Below are positions 1 to 12,000 of a stretch of DNA of 64,000 nucleotides, piece by piece (position 1 is the first letter of the stretch; every line of letters starts with the position of its first letter). The stretch lies in the IMG/VR virus record IMGVR_UViG_3300045988_107526, positions 1 to 64,000 of that record; one strand, written 5' to 3'. This DNA comes from a virus. The notes below the pieces were generated by a model. That model was not told the DNA's origin and ran no database searches. It was given only the letters and a program-made list of their open reading frames with translations. The position numbers and the translations under genes were made by a program.

Positions 1-3000
1 ACGTTAGTAGATAAAGGCATCATCGGTCAGAACGAGGTAGCACAGATGATGGATAGTCCTGAGCGACTTTCTGCACAAGGCAGGGAGTATGTGAAGAACC
101 TTCTTTTGGGTTCAATCTTCAAGCCTGAGACTATCAGAATGCTGGGCATCGACTCTACGGTGAAGAATAAGGCTATCAACGCTATCCGATCGGTGATGGA
201 CAACATGAAGTTGGGCGAGTTCTCTCTTCGTGATGAGATAGACCAAGCTATCCAGTTACTCTATGAGGCAAGACAGGGCGGCAATAAGGTTGATACGTTG
301 CTGAGAACACCGGACATGTTCGGTGAGGATGCAGCTAAGCGTTACTCTTCTATCTCTCAGATGATGGCTTTGGCTCTAGAAGGTAAGGTTTCTGATTTCA
401 GAGATTTGCTTGACGAATACAACCGCATCGCTAAGGCTAGAAATACTGGCGAGGGCAGTATCTTTGAGGAAGCTCCTACCAAGGAAGAGTTAGTAAAAGA
501 ATTTTTAGACTTTAAAAAATGGCAAGATTATGGAACAGGACATTCAGAAAATGAAGGAGTCAATGATGTTTCAGGCGTTGAAGAACCTAAACAGGAAGCA
601 TCAGGAGGAAATGAACCATCAGAAGCAGGAGAAGGAAGAGTAAAATCTGACCTTGACCGCATTACCGAGACTGACGAGGAATTTGAGGTTGAAGGTAAGT
701 ACGGAACCATTTATAAGAAGAAGTATCTGATTGATGGTGACAAGGAGGTGATGAAGGTGGATGAGCCAAACAAGAACGGCGATTACACCGGTTCATACTA
801 TGAGTATAACGGCAAGAAGTATGGAGACCTGAGGGGTGTCTTTGAGCATCTTGACGACAAGCCAGATACTGGTTCCGAAGAAATGCCGGAAGGTCCTATC
901 TACGACCGCAAGAAGGCTTTGATTGATGAGATAAATGAGAGCGACATCAAGAAGAAGGATGATGCTTTTCAGCTTCTCTACAAGGCAGAAGACTTACTTG
1001 ATGATTATCTGGGCATTCCTCATGATGAGTGGAAACCAGAACCTTCTCGTAGTAATACGATTTCTGGTATTCTCAGCATGGCAAGAAATGTGCTAGATAG
1101 AATCAAGAATGAGCCAGTTGAACCTGCTACAGAAAAGCAGTTGAGTTATCTTGAACGTCTGACCTCTGACGATCCTACAACAAGAAAACTTCTTGAAGGT
1201 GTGAAGCTGAATAAGAAACAGGCAACTTGGCTTATCGGAAATATCAAGGGATTGAACGATAATTTGATGCGTCTGCATCCTGACGATATTGCAGAAACCG
1301 AGAAGTTCATTCATGACGGAATTGAGTACATGAAGAAGCTGAATGGTGAAACGTCTGATGAAGGCGGTCTCCCACTCCTTCCAAGAGAAGAGAAGCCAGA
1401 CCATCAGTTTAACCCGATTGAGGCAGCTGCAGCAGAGTTCAAGAAGGAGCATCCTTTGACCGAGGATGAGATTATGAATGCAGACGTGGACGAATTATCA
1501 AAGGATATGGCTTTGGACTATCTGAACGGAGAAGTTACAGACGATTTGCACCGTGCTATCTACGAAAGCATCTATGCTAAACGCAAGGGATTGAAGGCTG
1601 AACCAAAGGTTGATACACCTAAAACGGAACCATCTGCTGACCCTATGGAAGGAATCAAGAATGCAGCAGAAGGATTCGAGAAGGAGAAGAAAACTAAGGC
1701 TGAGACAGAAAAGAAGCCTCAGCAAACTGCTGACGATGCAGCAGTAGCAGCTTCCAACAAGAAGGTTAATGGCCTTTGGAAAGAACTCATGAATGCCGGC
1801 AAGGATGAAATGTCTGCTTCGTTCATCGGTCTTAACTCTAAACAGCTGGAGGTATTGCCTAAGCTGGTGAGCGCCATGGCAGAGAATGCTTATCTGAGAA
1901 TCAAGAGAGGTATGCACAATCTTGAAGACGTGGTGAAGGAAATGCGAAAGGAGTTTGCCCCTGCTGCCAAGATTTTCAAGAAGGAAGATGTGGATGCCAT
2001 CTATGAACAGATGATGAATATCCGCTATCGTGATGGTGAGCAGCGCATGAGCTTGAAGGAGTGGGCTGACTACTACGAAAAGACTTCGCCTAAGCATCAG
2101 GAGAATCTGGTGGGCGACTCAAAGACTGCAGAGGAAAGAAAGCAGGCTGAGAAGAAGTTTATTGATACCGTGAACATAAAGTTGGCATTCAAAGATAAGT
2201 TTAACGGTATTGTTGAGCTGAGAAAGATAGCTGAGAGAGTTGGTTTGAAGGATATTAAGGATACAGACCTTCAGGAGCTTGCTGAAACTGCCATTGTTAA
2301 GTGTGCAAGAGGTATCGCTTCTTCGAATGCTACCGATAATGAAGGTAAGTTCAAACGCATCTTGAACCTCTATGAGAATCAGCCTTCACTCAACCAGCGT
2401 GATTCTGAGCGAGTGATGAAGCAGCAGTATTCTACCCCTGCACCTTACGCTTTCCTTGCGGATATGTATGTGAAGGGCAACGGTAAGGTGATTGAGAGTG
2501 CTCTGGAGCCTAGTGCCGGCAACGGTATGCTTACCATCGGCTTGCCAATGGATAAGGTACATGTTAACGATATTGATGCGCAGCGATTGGCGAACCTGAG
2601 AAGACAGGGTTTCAAGAACGTGACCAGTCAGGACGGAACTCAGCCTTTTGCAGACAAGGACGTTGACGTGGTGGTGACAAATCCACCATTCGGTAGTGCT
2701 ACCCCTAAGGAGTATGACGGCTATAAGATTTCTTCTTTGGAAGGACAGATGGCTATAAATGCCTTGGAGAGCATGAAGGACGATGGCCGTGCTGCCATTA
2801 TCATCGGCGGCAAGACGGAATACGCCAAGAACGGAAGTCTGAATCCAAAGGATAAGGCTTTCCTTGGTTATCTCTATAGCCACTATAATGTGGAGGACGT
2901 GATTAATGTGGATGGCAGTCTCTATGCAAAACAGGGAACCAGCTACCCTACACGTATTATATTAATAAACGGAAGACGCTTGAACGAGAATGCCTTTCCA

Positions 3001-6000
3001 CCAGTAAAGGATAAGGCTAGAGCTGAGACCGTGAAAGATTATGACGAACTTTATAAACGAATTGAAGATGATATACTACGAGGTGAACGGATGGATTCTT
3101 CCATCGGAAGAGAAACAAGAAGTGCTCAACCAGAACCTGATAAACAAGGCGCTGCTGGTACTCCTAAAGAGAGAGTACGAGCAGGAGAACGAGGAGGAAG
3201 CAAACCAAATGGTGAGCGAGAGCCTGACCTATTTGACTCCACTTCCGTATCAGGAACCCATGATGACTTGGAGAATCAACGAGGAACCGAGCCAAGACAA
3301 GATGGAGGACTTCCTAATGGAGATAGTAGAACAGACGGAACAGGGGCAGAGCCTTCTCCAAGCAAAGAACCAACCACTGGAACCAATGAGCAGCGAGGAA
3401 ATGGATCAGGAGGAGCTGGACGGAATGACGCTCAGCCAAGTACTGATGAATCTACCAACGCCGGGAGCGGAATCGGACCACGGGGACAATTACAGCGGGT
3501 GGACAAATCCGTACGTGGATTAAGTACAGAGAAAGTTACCTATACCCCTAAGAGTGGAAATCCATTCACTCTGAAAGCAGTTATGCCTGCCGATCAGCAG
3601 GATGCAGTAAACAAGAACCTCGAAAAGTTGGGCGATGCAGACCAGTTCCTTGTTGATGAACTGGGCTATAATGATAAGGATGATTTGTATTCTCATCTTG
3701 CCGCAGAGCAGGTTGACTCTGTAGCCCTTGCCTTGCAGCAGGCAAAGAAGGGCAACGCCTTCATTATTGGAGATATGACCGGTATCGGTAAGGGAAGACA
3801 GGCTGCTTCTCTTATCAGATACGCCAAGAAGCAGGGTCAGGTTCCTGTATATTTCACCAAGACAGCAGGATTGCTGAGTGATGTTTATCGTGACTTGGTG
3901 GATATTGGCAGCCCAGACCTAAGACCATTTGTATTCGGTAGTGCCAAGGAAGCTGCCATTACCGACTCAGACGGAAAAGTTGTATTTGCTTTGCCATCGA
4001 AGAGCGAGGTGAAGCGAGTGCTTGATTACATCGAAAAGAACGGAAAACTGCCAGACGAATACGACTACGTGCTGACTACTTACAGCCAAGTAAGCAATGG
4101 AGTCTACGAGTTTGACGAGAACGGTGCCCGAAAAGAGAAGAAACTTGCGAAGGGTAAGACATTCGGAGCTGCTGCCCTTAGCGGACAAAGAAGACGTGAT
4201 GCTATTGAAAAACTGATGGACAACGCCTATCTTATCCTTGACGAAAGCCACACGGCTGGTGGTAATAGCGGTCAGGGCAACTATTTCCAACACATTATTC
4301 AGAAGGCAAAGAACGTTACCTTCTTCTCTGCAACCTTTGCCAAGAGACCAGACAATATGCCTATCTACGCTTTGCGTACTGCTATGAACGAGGGCGGTAT
4401 GAAATCATCCGACTTGATTGATGCGGTAAAGCGTGGTGGTGCAACCTTGCAGGAGATTATGAGCCAGACCTTGACGCAATGCGGTCAGATGATTCGCCGT
4501 GAGCGAGATATGACTGGCGTAACCATCGACTGGAAGGCGATTGATGATCCTGAGCGAGTACAGGAACAGCGAGAACAGTATGATAGTATCATAGGATTGT
4601 TTAATGATATTATCAATTTCCAAAAGAAATATGTTACCGATTACGTTGACAAGCGCAACGACGAGCTGGCTGAAATACAGGCTAGTATTGGAATCAAGAA
4701 GGGAACGGCTGCCCTGGGTATCAAGAATCAGCCATTTGCCAGCAAGGCATTCAATACCGTTCAGCAGGTTCTTCTCTCTCTGAAAGCGAAGTCTGCTGCA
4801 GAACGTGCCATCGACTATTTGAAGCAGGGCATGAAGCCTGTGATTGCGTTAAACAATACCAACGAATCTCAGACTGGCAACCTTGCGCTTGGTGAGGAAA
4901 TGGACGCACCAGACTTGGGTACATCTTTGAAGAAGGGTCTGGAGGGTACACTTCGCTATACTCAGAAGGACGCAAAGGATAATAGCGAAAGCGGCTACAT
5001 CAAGCTTTCTGATTTGGGCGATGAGGCAGTTGAGGCTTATCACGAACTGGAAAAGAAGATTGAGCAGACAAGTACCGGTCTTTCACTCTCTCCTATTGAT
5101 GTTATCAAGAACGAGCTGCAGAAGGCAGGTTATAAGGTTGGCGAGCTGACCGGTAGACAGACCGAGTTCGTTTATAACGAAAACGGAACTGTTACCAAGG
5201 TGAAGCGTGCTGATACAGACAAGAAGAAACTCGCGCGCGACTTTAACGATGGTAAGATTGATGCGCTTATTCTCAACAAGAGTGCAGCAACCGGTATTTC
5301 CCTTCATGCTTCGAGCAAGTATAAGGACCAGAAGAAGCGTGTGATGATTGTGGCGCAGCAGCAGCTCGACGTAAACGATGAGGTTCAGATGCGTGGACGT
5401 ATAGACCGAACCGGTCAGGTGGCTAGAGGTGCATACGAGTATGTGGTTTCTCTTATCCCTGCCGAGCAGCGACTGCTGATGATGTTTAAGGCTAAATTGA
5501 AGTCACTTGATGCCAACACTACTTCTTCTCAGAAGAGTAAGTTCAACGAAATGGAAGTTTCCGACATTACCAATAAATATGGTGATAAGGTAGTTCGTGA
5601 GTATATGGCAGAGCATCTTGACCTTTATGCACGAATGGCTGATCCATTCGGATGGGAAAAGACTCATGGCGATGATTTGTCTAGAATCGACCCACAGACT
5701 CTTGTTGCAAGCGGTAGCGGTGTTGGCGATGGCGAAGCTGGTGCCGATGCAAGCAAGTTACTTGGTCGTATGGCTCTGCTGAGAGTTTCTGAGCAGGAGA
5801 AGATGTTGCAGGAGATTGGCGAGCTTTATGCAAACGAGATTCAGCGACTCAACGAAATGGGAGAGAATGATTTGGAGATTACCGAGCTTCCTTTGAAGGC
5901 TAAGACGCTCCACAAGGAAGTTTGGAAGCAGGGTGCAGAGCCGGGCGGCGATAACGCCTTTGCCGATAACACCTATATAGAAAAGGTGAACATGGCCATC

Positions 6001-9000
6001 TTGAAGAAGCCAATGAAGGCTTCTGAGGTGAAGGCTTCGCAGGAAGGCTTGACTGGTGGTAAGACTTGGGATGAATATAAGACCGAGAAGAAGGCTGCCG
6101 TGAAGGAGTACTTCGACCAGAAGATTGCGGACGAGACTCAGAAGTATGAGGAGCGTGCCGTGAAGGCTGCAACCAAGGCGAAGGAGAAGTATATCAAAGA
6201 TGCTAAGAAGGGTCAGAAGGATTCTGGTATGAGCGATGAGCAGATTGAGAAGATGGCTGGCTATCAGTATGAGAACATCTATAAGCAGGAGAAAGATAAG
6301 CTGAACGATGTGGAGAAGAACCTGAAAGCTAAGGCTGAAATGTTTGAGCGTGTGCTTGATACCTTCGATACTAACGGCGCTTTCGTTCTGCCTATGGATA
6401 TGAACAATCCAAACGAGTTGAGCGGATTTGGCAACAGTTACGGTAGACTTATTGACATCAAGATTACTGATAATTACTCGCCTAACGCCTCTTCGGTTTC
6501 CTTCGCTACCTTGGATGGCAGAAGAAAGATTACCTTCCCTATCGCAGGTAAGGTTGGTTCTGGTGAAAATAAGGTGGATATTATCGGTTCTATCGACCGC
6601 ATGACCAAGCAGGCTGCCGGTATGGGAGACAGTCATCTAAGAGTATTGAACCAAAACTTTGATAACTGGGATAGACTGACTAGCAATGAGAGCCGCAAGA
6701 ATGGCTATATTGTAACTGGCAATCTGATGCAGGCTTTGGTTGACAGCAAGGATCAGGGCTTGGGCGGTCAGCTGGTGAAATATACAACTGATACAGGCGA
6801 GGTGAAGACAGGTATCTTGATGCCGGACCGATTCGACCCTAAGGGTTTAACTACAGATGCTCCTATCAACAGCGTGACCGAGAAGTTTGAACTTTCTTCT
6901 TGGCATGGTGGTATTGACGAGGTTACTTCATCGGATGGTGAAGTGAAGGTGAAGCGCATAGACAACAATCGTGGTAACTTCTACGAGCTTCGTGTGCCGA
7001 AGAGCAAGGCGAAGGGCGGCAAGTACTTCATGGATGAAGATTTGCTGAAACTGGTTAATGGCAACAACTTCGAGACCAGAGGTAATAATATGCTTGCCGA
7101 GTTCAAGCCAGAGCAGTTGAAGCCAGTACTAGACCGCCTGTCTAAGATGGGCGTGAAGGTACAAGAGGAGCGCAAGACTTCTGAGGATGAAGGCACCCAC
7201 TTCCGTGAGGACCGAGGCTTGCAGTATTCTAAAACAGATACAAAAGATGTTAAGAATAGTAGAATCATTCCGGAAGATGTAGATAAAAACGTATCTTCGC
7301 AGATTGAAAAGAAGTTTGATTCTGCCATTGAAGACATTGTAGAGTATGCAGAAGACAGAGATAAGTCTAGACTTGTTGATGATGCAGGCTATGCCGTGGA
7401 GGAGTTTTCCAATCTTGGCAGAAGCGTTATAGAATATTACAAGAATGATTATGAACGAAAAGTTGAAAAGTTATCAGGACAGCATACCGGAGGACATCTT
7501 GGTGGTACGAATGACGGTAAGGGAAATAGAGGCTCTTATCTACTGCAATATTATAAGACCATTCTCGCCGTCGCTGACAGAGAACTTGCCTATAGAGACG
7601 CTAGAGCAAAGAATCTCAGAGAGACTTTGGGATTGCACCCAGGAGGAACGTTCACACTTGGAGCCGTTGAACGAATTTTTAAAGAAACAAATCGAGATAA
7701 AGAAAAGGCTAAACTCTTCCAAAGAGTTCTCGATATAAACAAGCGTCTTGGTGTAAGCATCAAGGTAAGTGCCGAGAGCCCGAAGAAGAGATCAGGAGAA
7801 GCAGACATCTACAGGAACATTGATTTGTATATTGATGGTCTGACAAAGACCAAGGCTCCAGACTACGCTGCCCCTACTGTTATGCTGCATGAAATGATTC
7901 ATGAGGTAACAATGGGTGCTATTAATCTCGTCAAGAAAGGCAAGGCTGAGGGCATGCTGACCCATAAACAGATAGAGGGCGTAAAGACTATCCTCGAAAT
8001 CTATGACAAGGTTAAGGACGATAAGGAACGCTTCAAAGAAGAGCCTTACGGTCTGACTGATGCTTACGAGTTGACTGCTCAGATGGCAGATTCTAGACAG
8101 AGAAAGGCGATGGACTTGTCTATCTGGGATAGAGTTATGAATGCAGCACACGAATTTGCAAGAAGGGGTGATCGCTCTATCTTGCAGAGAGTGAAGGATG
8201 CCATCAAGAAACTGTTTGAGGTTTCTGACAAGGATAAGATGGACAAGGCTATCAACGACATCATGGATGATTTCAATGAAACCATTGATGATATTTCCAT
8301 GAACGAGATTGAACAGGACGGATTCTCATATAAGGTCACAGATAAAGACGAGCTGGACCGACTCAACAATGAGAAGACTTTCAGAATGTATAGCGGAATG
8401 CAGGAGGTGGATGGTAAGCTCTACTCCCCTATGGCTGCTATCATTGACGGAAAGCGTACTGATGCTACAGAGATAGGTGCTTGGATGGGCGCAGACGAGC
8501 GACCTGACCTTGTGAAGAACGGCAAGTTCCAACTTGTGAAGACCGATAAGAACCCTGGGGCAGGTGAAGGACCAGTGCCAGCGGCTTATAACCCTTACAT
8601 GCACACTTCCACTTCGGTGATGAACGATCAGTTCTCTGGTGCTTACGCTAGAGGCAACATCAAGGTTGTGGAATGGGAGATTCCTGAGAGCGAGAAGACT
8701 AGCGGCTATCACGCCGAGGGCGCAAAGAACTCTGTGGGCTTGGTGCCTTGGACTTCTGGAACAGTAAACAGCCTCCTGCCAAAGGACAGACAGAGAAGCG
8801 TGATGCTCTCTAGATGGAGAAAGGCAGTAAGAATATTGCCTGACGAGGAGGTTGCTGAGAAAATCGCCGACCAACTGAGAGGAACAGGATTGGCTATCCC
8901 TTGGAATGTAGTTACCCCTAACCAGTTGAGAGAGCTTGTAAAACTTGGTGTTCCTATCACTACCGTAGAGCAAGGCAGACAGAACCCTGAAACAAAGGAG

Positions 9001-12000
9001 AAGTTCTTGAAGCAGATGGCTGAACTGGAACAGGAGTTTCCTCAGGCTAAGTTCGTAAACGTAAAAATGACAAAGGATGCCTACAAGGAATGGGGCAAGA
9101 ATGGCGGCACCAAGTTCCGCACAGATTACGGCGAAAGCAACTACCCTACTTCATCGGTTGAGAACCATGTTGAGAATGTTGCTCAGAAGACTGGCGCAAA
9201 GGTGAACATGGTTTCATCGGTTGATGAAATCACCAACAAGGCGGCTAGGGCTGCTATTGAGGAAGGCAGAAAGATAACTGGCTGGTATGACGAGAAGACT
9301 GGCGAGGTGCATCTTTACATGCCTAATATACACGATAGATATACTGCCGAGAAGACTATCTGGCATGAGGTGGTTGGACACAAGGGAATGAGAGAGTTGT
9401 TTGGTGACGAACGATTCGACAAGTTCCTTCGTGAAGTATGGTACGACTTGGATAAGCCTGAGAATGCAGCTTTGAAGAAGCTGGTGGATGAGGAGAGAAA
9501 GTTCAATCCTCTGAATATCTATGATGCCATTGAGGAAGGTATCGCCCGACTCGCCGAGGATGGAAAGGGCGAACCGGGTTTCTGGAATGGCATCAAGAAT
9601 AAGGTATCTGATTTCCTTCACGAAATCGGCTATCGTATTGCTCCTAATACTAAAGATGTGAAGTACTTGCTTTGGTTGAGCAAGAACTTGCAGAAAAATC
9701 CGAATGACCCTTATTGGAAGCTGAGAGCCGAGGCGGTGAAATACCGTCTCGACCATGAGCGTATGCCTGCTGTTGTGGCGCATGATGGTATGTTCTACGG
9801 AAATGACGGAAAGGTTAGAAGTATGGATAATCTTACCAAGGCTGAGTGGAATGAGGCTACAGATGGTGAGATTCACTTCCGCACTACCCCATCTGCCGGC
9901 ACGGCACTTGACAGATACCACAGTTCTCTTGACGAGCACGGCTATATGTTCACCGAGAGCTATATGGATAATATGCTTTCGTTGAAGAAGTTGATGAATG
10001 CGATTGTGCCTGACAAGAAGATTGAGGATATTGCCTCTTCTGAGAATCCTTATATGCTGCAGAACACCATGCAGGGTGCAATGAGTGATGCGGCTCAGAT
10101 GTTTGAGCGAAACGTGATGAAGCCTCTTGACAAGGCCATGGCCGATGTGCTTGATGCTTTCGATGGAAAAAAGGACGATGAGAAGATAAGAAACTTCAAT
10201 CTCTACATGATTACCAAGCATGGTTTGGAGAGAAACCGTATCTTGTATGTGCGTGATGCCTTGATGTATATGCGCATGAACGAGAAGACCAAGAAACTAG
10301 CTGATACTATTGAGTTCGATTGGAACAACGAGAAAGCTACCCTTGACGAGAAATTGGAGCGTGGAGACATCGACTTGAAGACTTATTATGAGCGCATGGA
10401 CGATTTCATCCGTACCTACGTGGATAGTGACAATAAGTTTGATGCTGGCGAACATGACTATTCGGGTATTCACGCTATACAGGAAGTGGCTAAGTCTTCT
10501 GATCCTTACGATGATGCTGAGGCTATCGCTAGCGTGATGGATTCAGAAGCAAAGATGGAGAGTATCAAGAAGGGGTCTGTTAAGGACTATTGGGATAAGG
10601 TGAAGGCTGCTACCCAGTATTCTATTGATAGTGACTATAAGAATGGTCTTATCAGCAGAGAGCTTTACGGTCATGTATCTGATATGTTCAACTGGTATGT
10701 GCCTTTGAGAAAGTATGATGAGGCTACTGCAGAAGATACCTACGGCTACATTACTGAGCAGGGCGACCCGAAGAGTTACATCGGAAGCACGATTATGAGA
10801 GCGAGAGGACACAAGTACCTGAGCGAAACAAACGTACTGGCGCAGATTGGTGCGATGGGTAACAGAGCTATCAAGAATGGCGGTATGAACGCTATCCGTC
10901 AGGCATTTGCAAGATTCGTAAGAAACAACTCGAACAATAATCTTGTGACGGAGACTAGGGTTTGGTACGCCGATGACCCTATCACTCACACCACCGTGGA
11001 GCGTTACCCAGACATTCCCGAGGACGCTACGGCTGATGAAATAAATCAGATAGTAGCAGACTTCAATATGGAAATGAAGGATTTGGAATCAAAGGGGTTG
11101 GCGACAAAGGTGTATCGAAGAGGAAGAATCGGCTATAAGTTCCAAAGAGCAGAGAACAAATCGCAGCATATCGTAGATGTGAAGATTGCCGGAAGGACCC
11201 ATACCTTTATTATCAACGGAAATCCTAGAGCGGCGCAGGCTCTGAATGGATTGCTGGAGAACTCTGGCGCAAAGGGAATCATGAAACCATTGAGTTCTAT
11301 ATCAAGAATGATGGCGCAGTTGTGTACATCTTATAACCCTGAGTTCGTGATGCGAAACATCATGCGTGATGCGGAGTTTGCATCGAGCAACGTTACTTCT
11401 AAGGAGGGTGCAAGATATGGTGCGCTCTGGGCGAAGTACTATGCGCAGTTGGGCTTGTATAAGGGTGCTTCAAATATCAGCTTCAAAGATTTTAGCGGAA
11501 CTACTGGCTTGGGCTTGTTTGCCAAGTATCGTAACGGAACACTTGATACTTCTGACAAGGTACAGCGATATTTCAAGGAGTTTATGGAGAACGGCGGCGA
11601 AACCGGTTGGGTTCAGATCAAGAACATGAAGGACTGGACCAAGGAGTATAAGAAAGATGTGAAGAGCGAAAGAAGCAAGATTGACAAGGGCGGTGCTGCC
11701 CTTCGTGACTTCTTCTTCGGAAATCTGGCGAACATCAACGAGGTGGCTGAGAATATCGCCCGATTTGCTACCTATTGTGCGAGCCGAGACAGTAACCGCT
11801 CTATCATCCGTTCTGTCTATGATGCGAAGGAGGTATCTACCAACTTCAACCGCCATGGTAGTGGTGATGCCATCAAGAGTTTCAAGAACGGAGAAATGAG
11901 CTGGGCAGAGGAGAAGAGAAGATGGGCTTATGGTTTTTCTGCTAGCTATCTCAGACATTGTTCTATGTTCTTCAATGCCGGTATTCAGAGTACAAATCTT

